From positions 1 through 21,268 of the forward strand of contig JBFWSA010000034.1 in the NCBI GenBank assembly GCA_050248615.1: a stretch of DNA of 21,268 bases, written 5' to 3'. The notes under the pieces were generated by a model. It was not told the DNA's origin, made no database searches, and worked only from the letters and a program-made list of their open reading frames with translations. The translations under genes were made by a program, and so were the position numbers. This document shows positions 16,876 to 21,268 of the stretch, piece after piece (the stretch's first letter is position 1; the number at the start of each line of letters is the position of its first letter). This stretch comes from Simkaniaceae bacterium. GTDB lineage: Bacteria > Chlamydiota > Chlamydiia > Chlamydiales > Simkaniaceae.

Positions 16876-18036
16876 TTAGAAATCCCATTTTACATCCACT
16901 GTAATGCCATAAAATGCTAAGTCTTCAGAATAACGATCATACTTAACCTCTGAAGAATCATTTATTTTAAGCATTTGATTCTGTCTCCACCAGTATTGAC
17001 CTTCAAAGCCAATACCAATTCCGAGATGGTTTTTGTGCTCATACAGGTAAGTATCATAGCGCAAACCTAACTGGAACTGAAGCGTTGGAGAAAAAGCATG
17101 ACGATTCGCATGCAAATGGATCCGTGAGGCTTCAATCGCACTATATTTTTCTTTGTGATCTACATCAAAGTATCCCCAAAGAAGAGCTCCTGAAACATTT
17201 CCAAAGATGCTAAATCCTTGACCCATATACCATCTAGAATCGACACCCGTTCTAGGACCAATACCCCAGAAATCACTGGTTTCTTTTACATGGACTGTGT
17301 TTCCAGCAATACCCAAAGGACTTACACCTTGTTGATTAGGCAACTGCCCACCCCCTGTGTAACGCGTCTTTTGTTCCAGATCAATCCATGCATTCTTAAG
17401 ACCCCAGAAAGGGCGGAAAGAAAGGGTACTTGTAATGTAATAATCCCGTCCAAGTTCTAAGTCAATCGCCTGATAGTCTACATCAAACAGAGACTTTGCA
17501 CTTGTACAGAAAAGAAAAGGTGTTTCTACCTGATTGGTTTGAGGCAAATCCGTTAAAAATGCAGATCCACGGAGAGGAATCACACTACTGCTGAGCCCTG
17601 CGCGAGTAGATGAGCTGCCATCGCCATCCCACCAAGTATATTGACCACGCATATCCCAGCCATCATGCTCGAAGTTATAGCCTAAACCGACTCGAATACC
17701 CCAGTCCCAATCAAATTCCATCTGCTTTGTATTTCCTTTAACGGGAAGTCGAGCAATAGGATCTTGGTCTGTATAGGCAAACTCTGTTCCGCCGATCTTT
17801 GTACGCCAAAATAATAAATCAAAGGTTATGAACCAACCTTTACCGTCTACTTCGGGGCGAGCATGAGCTGTGTTCGCGCCAAAAGTACCCATAGCATTCT
17901 CAGTCCCCACTTGTTTCATCTGATTTTCAAGTTCCGCGATTCGGACCTCTCGATCAGCTGCAGCATAACCCAGGGAAGAGAACACAAATAAGGAAACGAT
18001 GCCGGCCGCAATCTTCCTTAAACGTCTCACTTTCAT
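16876..18036 (-). CDS. Lpg1974-family / MOMP-like outer membrane porin (paralog 7)
   Basis: GAGGT RBS, signal peptide ending GYA, family motifs, ends WDF. Confidence 0.9.
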   Translation of the reverse strand: MKVRRLRKIAAGIVSLFVFSSLGYAAADREVRIAELENQMKQVGTENAMGTFGANTAHARPEVDGKGWFITFDLLFWRTKIGGTEFAYTDQDPIARLPVKGNTKQMEFDWDWGIRVGLGYNFEHDGWDMRGQYTWWDGDGSSSTRAGLSSSVIPLRGSAFLTDLPQTNQVETPFLFCTSAKSLFDVDYQAIDLELGRDYYITSTLSFRPFWGLKNAWIDLEQKTRYTGGGQLPNQQGVSPLGIAGNTVHVKETSDFWGIGPRTGVDSRWYMGQGFSIFGNVSGALLWGYFDVDHKEKYSAIEASRIHLHANRHAFSPTLQFQLGLRYDTYLYEHKNHLGIGIGFEGQYWWRQNQMLKINDSSEVKYDRYSEDLAFYGITVDVKWDF

Positions 18037-18205
18037 TTTTTTACCTCTTGAGGGGGTTAAATATAATACGTCTTAGTTCCCTGATATAAAGTATGATGCT
18101 GAAATAATAAAGAGATTTTTGAAATATTATCTTCTAAGTCTTTAATATCAATGTAATAAAAAACAAAAAATCTGAAAAATTATTAAAAAGAAATGAATTA
18201 GATAT

Positions 18206-18227
18206 GCTGAAATGCAGGCATTTCAGC
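18206..18227 (-). terminator. Hairpin immediately after the rpoD stop (possible terminator or stability stem)
   Basis: GCTGAAATGC-ag-GCATTTCAGC perfect inverted repeat. U tract is weak. Confidence 0.55.
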
Positions 18228-18228
18228 T

Positions 18229-19893
18229 CTATTCTACTTCAATAATATCGAGGAAAGCCTGAAGCTGTTTAGAACGTGTAGGATGACGCATTTTTCTCAA
18301 AGCTTTAGCTTCAATTTGCCGCACACGCTCACGGGTCACTTTAAAACGAACACCGACCTCTTCCAGCGTCTTAGGTTTCCCATCTAGGAGCCCAAACCTT
18401 TCTATAAGGACAGTACGCTCGCGATCGGTTAAGGTCGAAAGGACCTCATTCATCTTATCTTTTAATATCGAGTACCCTGTTGCTTCATCGGGAGATTCGA
18501 TTGTCGTGTCTTCTAAAAAGTCCCCAAACTGACTCTCCCCACTATCGCCCACTTCGGCCTGAAGAGAGATTGGATGTTGAGCTATCTTATAGATTTCACG
18601 AATGCGCTCTGGAGTGAGCCCTAACTCAATCGCTAATTCTTCAGGGGTGGGTTCCCGCCCTGTCTCCATCATCAACTTCTTCGCTCCACGCAAGACCTTA
18701 TTAATGGTCTCAATCATATGGACAGGGATACGAATGGTACGTGCTTGATCTGCAATTGCTCGCGTTACAGCCTGACGAATCCACCACGTTGCATAGGTAG
18801 AAAACTTATAACCACGTCGGTATTCGAATTTCTCGACAGCCTTCATGAGTCCCATGTTCCCCTCTTGAATCAGATCCAAGAAAGAAAGGCCTCGGTTGGT
18901 ATATTTTTTCGCAATCGAAATGACGAGCCTTAAGTTAGACTCAACCATTTCACGCTTCGCTTCTTGACTCTTATCCATCCACCGTTGAAGCATCCGGACA
19001 TCTTTTTTAAACTTATCTAGCGTCCGACCCGCTGCCAATTCCCGCTTCGCCAATTTACGCTCCGCAGACATCAACTTGGCTTTCGCAAAGCGGTTCTTCT
19101 CAGCACGTGGCACAAGTTCCTGAATTTCTTTCTCTAAGCTTAAAAAACGATCGTAAGCAGAAAGGATGACTTCTCCGAAATCATCCGTCACATTATGACG
19201 GAAGTACATCCTTCTTAAAAAAGCTTGCGTGCGGACATTACATTTTTCGATATCTTCGGATAGCTTAACCTTTTCCACCTTATTTAAAGATCGATCCAAG
19301 GATTTAAGCAAAAGGTCTTCCAGGATATCATCCTCTTTAATCAGTAAATCCCGGAGTTTGGGGAGCATTTTGAGGAAATGGTTTTTATCATCGATTTCCT
19401 TTTCCGCAATACTCTTATCAAAGCGCTCTTTCCCAGAAATCAAATAGTTAGCAATGGAAATCGCTTCACGTGTGGAATAACGAAAACGCATAATAATGCG
19501 TTCGATCTGCATCTGTGCTTTTTCAATCCGTTTCGATATTTCTACCTCTTCCTCTCTTGAAAGAAGAGGGACCGACCCCATCTCTTTAAGGTACATCCGC
19601 ACAGGATCGTCACTACTTCCCTCCATACGTTTGGGAAGAGATTCCATCTCCTTCGCTTCTTTTTTCCTTTCTTTTTGGCGCTCGACTTCAGACTGATTTA
19701 AAATCTGAATGTCCATCCCACTTAGAAAGATAAGAACTTGGTCGATCTGCTCAGCAGAGTCAAAGGTCATGGGGAGAATTTCATTGATCTCCTCATAGGT
19801 AATATACCCCTGCTCCTTTGCAATCGCAACGAGCTCTTCGATTTTCTGTTGATGTTGTGGATCGAAACCCTGACTAAATCCGGATTTGCTCAT
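18229..19893 (-). CDS. rpoD: Primary RNA polymerase sigma factor (sigma66/RpoD)
   Basis: Region 1.1 ([13 protein letters not shown]), region 1.2 ([12 protein letters not shown]), region 2 ([12 protein letters not shown]...[12 protein letters not shown]) and region 4 (TLEEVG...[10 protein letters not shown]). AGGAG RBS. Confidence 0.98.
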   Translation of the reverse strand: MSKSGFSQGFDPQHQQKIEELVAIAKEQGYITYEEINEILPMTFDSAEQIDQVLIFLSGMDIQILNQSEVERQKERKKEAKEMESLPKRMEGSSDDPVRMYLKEMGSVPLLSREEEVEISKRIEKAQMQIERIIMRFRYSTREAISIANYLISGKERFDKSIAEKEIDDKNHFLKMLPKLRDLLIKEDDILEDLLLKSLDRSLNKVEKVKLSEDIEKCNVRTQAFLRRMYFRHNVTDDFGEVILSAYDRFLSLEKEIQELVPRAEKNRFAKAKLMSAERKLAKRELAAGRTLDKFKKDVRMLQRWMDKSQEAKREMVESNLRLVISIAKKYTNRGLSFLDLIQEGNMGLMKAVEKFEYRRGYKFSTYATWWIRQAVTRAIADQARTIRIPVHMIETINKVLRGAKKLMMETGREPTPEELAIELGLTPERIREIYKIAQHPISLQAEVGDSGESQFGDFLEDTTIESPDEATGYSILKDKMNEVLSTLTDRERTVLIERFGLLDGKPKTLEEVGVRFKVTRERVRQIEAKALRKMRHPTRSKQLQAFLDIIEVE

Positions 19894-19959
19894 GGTCTCC
19901 TAAGAATCACAAAGAAATCTCTATATCAGCTTTTAGCAATAAATGCCTATACCTATAAT

Positions 19960-19989
19960 ATTGTACTATGAACCTATCCGCAAAGTCAA
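19960..19989 (-). promoter_or_regulatory. Putative sigma66 promoter of rpoD: TTGACT-N18-TACAAT
   Basis: -35 at 19989-19984 and -10 at 19965-19960. Each hexamer is 5/6 to the sigma70 consensus. About 66 nt upstream of the ATG. Confidence 0.65.
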
Positions 19990-20133
19990 ATACGCTTTCT
20001 TTTTGCTCTTTTTTGACTTTTTTGATGTTCTTTTTTCGCCCTTGTCTCCTGGACAATGTGCTCAAATAAAAACATCAAAAATTGTCTAAAAAACTTCCAA
20101 AAATTAAACTTACTCTACTTTGCGGATAGGTTC
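19970..20133 (-). repeat. 164-bp rod-like palindromic element (element B), inverted homolog of element A
   Basis: Perfect 17-bp terminal inverted repeats GAACCTATCCGCAAAGT, flanked by TAT on both sides. 20041-20066 is the reverse complement of 10382-10407 at 24/26 positions. Confidence 0.9.
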
Positions 20134-20168
20134 TATAAGAGCAACCATTGTGGAAAGGAAAAGTCTTA

Positions 20169-20918
20169 ATGTCAAGAACCGAAATGATTTTTTCTGAGCG
20201 CCGGAGAGATAAAACACACCTAGCTATTCAAAACTCTTTACTTTCTCTCCTACCCCATGCAGTCCTTGAACACCGCTTTTCCACAATTAATCGCATTGCC
20301 GATGTGGCACTTCTCCCTCAAAAAATTATTTTTGAAATCCAATGCTCTCCAATTACTCTTGAAGAGGTCAAAAATCGTTATCAAGCCTATGGATCCCTAG
20401 GCTTTACCGTCATTTGGATTTTACACGACCAGAAGTTTAATCGAAAAATTGCTTCTACAGCAGAACGGTACATGCGTCGTCATCTTGCCTATTTTACGTC
20501 CATTACCCCCTTTGGCCAAGGTTTTTTCTATGATCAGCTCGAGTTTTTCGAAGGAGTCTGCCGCCTCTATAAAAGCCCCCCTTATGTATTAGAACATTTC
20601 CTTCCCCAACACCTTCTGACTATCCCCTCGAGGTTTCCCCACATCCTCAAAGAGAAGCTAAGTACTTGTCCCTATTATCTACGTGGAGACCTCACCGACT
20701 CTCTCTTAAAGAGCCCCCAAATGCAGTGGGCACGTTTGCTTGAAAAAAACTACCTTCCTACCCCCATAAAAAAACTCTTAAAGCTTTATCGAGATTTTTT
20801 CCTTTATCTCCTCCATCTCAATGCGGATCGATCGCCCCCATCTTCCGAACATAGATCCGAAGCCAAGAAAAATATAGAAAAACCCCTAAACAAAGGACAA
20901 AATAAACCCCTGCTTTAA
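20169..20918 (+). CDS. Competence protein CoiA-like PD-(D/E)XK nuclease
   Basis: H...Q, R.ADV, FEIQCSPI...E...R...Y...G..V.WIL motifs. Start uncertain (20148 TTG, 20169 or 20184 ATG). Confidence 0.8.
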   Translation: MSRTEMIFSERRRDKTHLAIQNSLLSLLPHAVLEHRFSTINRIADVALLPQKIIFEIQCSPITLEEVKNRYQAYGSLGFTVIWILHDQKFNRKIASTAERYMRRHLAYFTSITPFGQGFFYDQLEFFEGVCRLYKSPPYVLEHFLPQHLLTIPSRFPHILKEKLSTCPYYLRGDLTDSLLKSPQMQWARLLEKNYLPTPIKKLLKLYRDFFLYLLHLNADRSPPSSEHRSEAKKNIEKPLNKGQNKPLL

Positions 20919-21267
20919 GAGGAAACGCTTTTTGTAGAGAAGCCATTAGAGGATCTTTGGGGTTATACCACACCTCCCATAACTCTTTTTCCCATCTTCC
21001 AATCAAAGCTTCTGCCGCATAGGGATTTTGATAGACCGGCTTGAGAAAACGATAGTTTTTATAAAAAATTCTTTCTCCGACTTGAAACTCAAGGGAAGCA
21101 AAGATGGAGAATTTCCCTGGTTTAATCTCTTCTACTTTCCACTCATTGATATGCACTGGAGCGGTATGAGAAAGGAGAAAATAGTGATGGAGGTCATATA
21201 AAAATTTTCCTCCCATCCATAGCCCCACACCTGACACAACCACTAATAAGAAAGCAAAAAAACTCTT
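20818..21267 (-). CDS. DUF3592-like membrane protein, 5' end outside window
   Basis: Frame stays open to the window edge (KSFFAFLLVVVSGVG...). TM, small beta domain with V.YNPKDP..A.L, then a second TM. Confidence 0.65.
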   Translation of the reverse strand, partial: KSFFAFLLVVVSGVGLWMGGKFLYDLHHYFLLSHTAPVHINEWKVEEIKPGKFSIFASLEFQVGERIFYKNYRFLKPVYQNPYAAEALIGRWEKELWEVWYNPKDPLMASLQKAFPLKAGVYFVLCLGVFLYFSWLRIYVRKMGAIDPH

Positions 21268-21268
21268 T

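Noticed and set aside
12240..17460. Short plus-strand ORFs antisense to the porin genes (and similar shadow ORFs over dusB, rpoD and others)
   Set aside because: Fully overlap well-supported genes, show no recognisable motifs, and recur only because the sense genes are paralogous.
8475..18036. Diversity-generating retroelement or invertase shufflon acting on the porin array
   Set aside because: No reverse transcriptase or recombinase in the window, no adenine-specific TR/VR pair seen, and all paralogs are intact and co-oriented.
18104..18186. Weak AT-rich inverted repeat upstream of porin 7 (AGATTTTT / AAAAATCT)
   Set aside because: Short, low complexity and lacking the family termini. Compatible with chance.

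Overview
Chromosomal segment (about 40% GC by eye) from an environmental Chlamydiota genome, probably Simkania/Rhabdochlamydia-like. This placement is inferred from gene content and order. Left to right the window holds: the 3' end of an oppA-type gene; two tandem secreted-protein paralogs; a conserved chlamydial block (ygfA, MORN-repeat lipoprotein, two GspM/GspL-like membrane proteins, yggT, dusB); acyP; an unlisted small lipoprotein that appears split by a -1 frameshift; an Inc-like coiled-coil protein; seven paralogous Lpg1974/MOMP-like beta-barrel porins interrupted by a Cro-like HTH gene; rpoD (sigma66); a CoiA-like nuclease; and a partial DUF3592-like gene. The most striking unexplained signal is a family of ~160-165 nt rod-shaped palindromic intergenic elements. 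Two copies are exactly 164 nt with GAACCTATCC termini and a shared 26-nt apical motif, but their stems differ in sequence while each stays self-complementary. Copies of the family overlap stop codons, cover the HTH ribosome-binding site and supply the -35 box of a predicted rpoD promoter. No transposase, integrase, reverse transcriptase, CRISPR array, tRNA or rRNA was seen.
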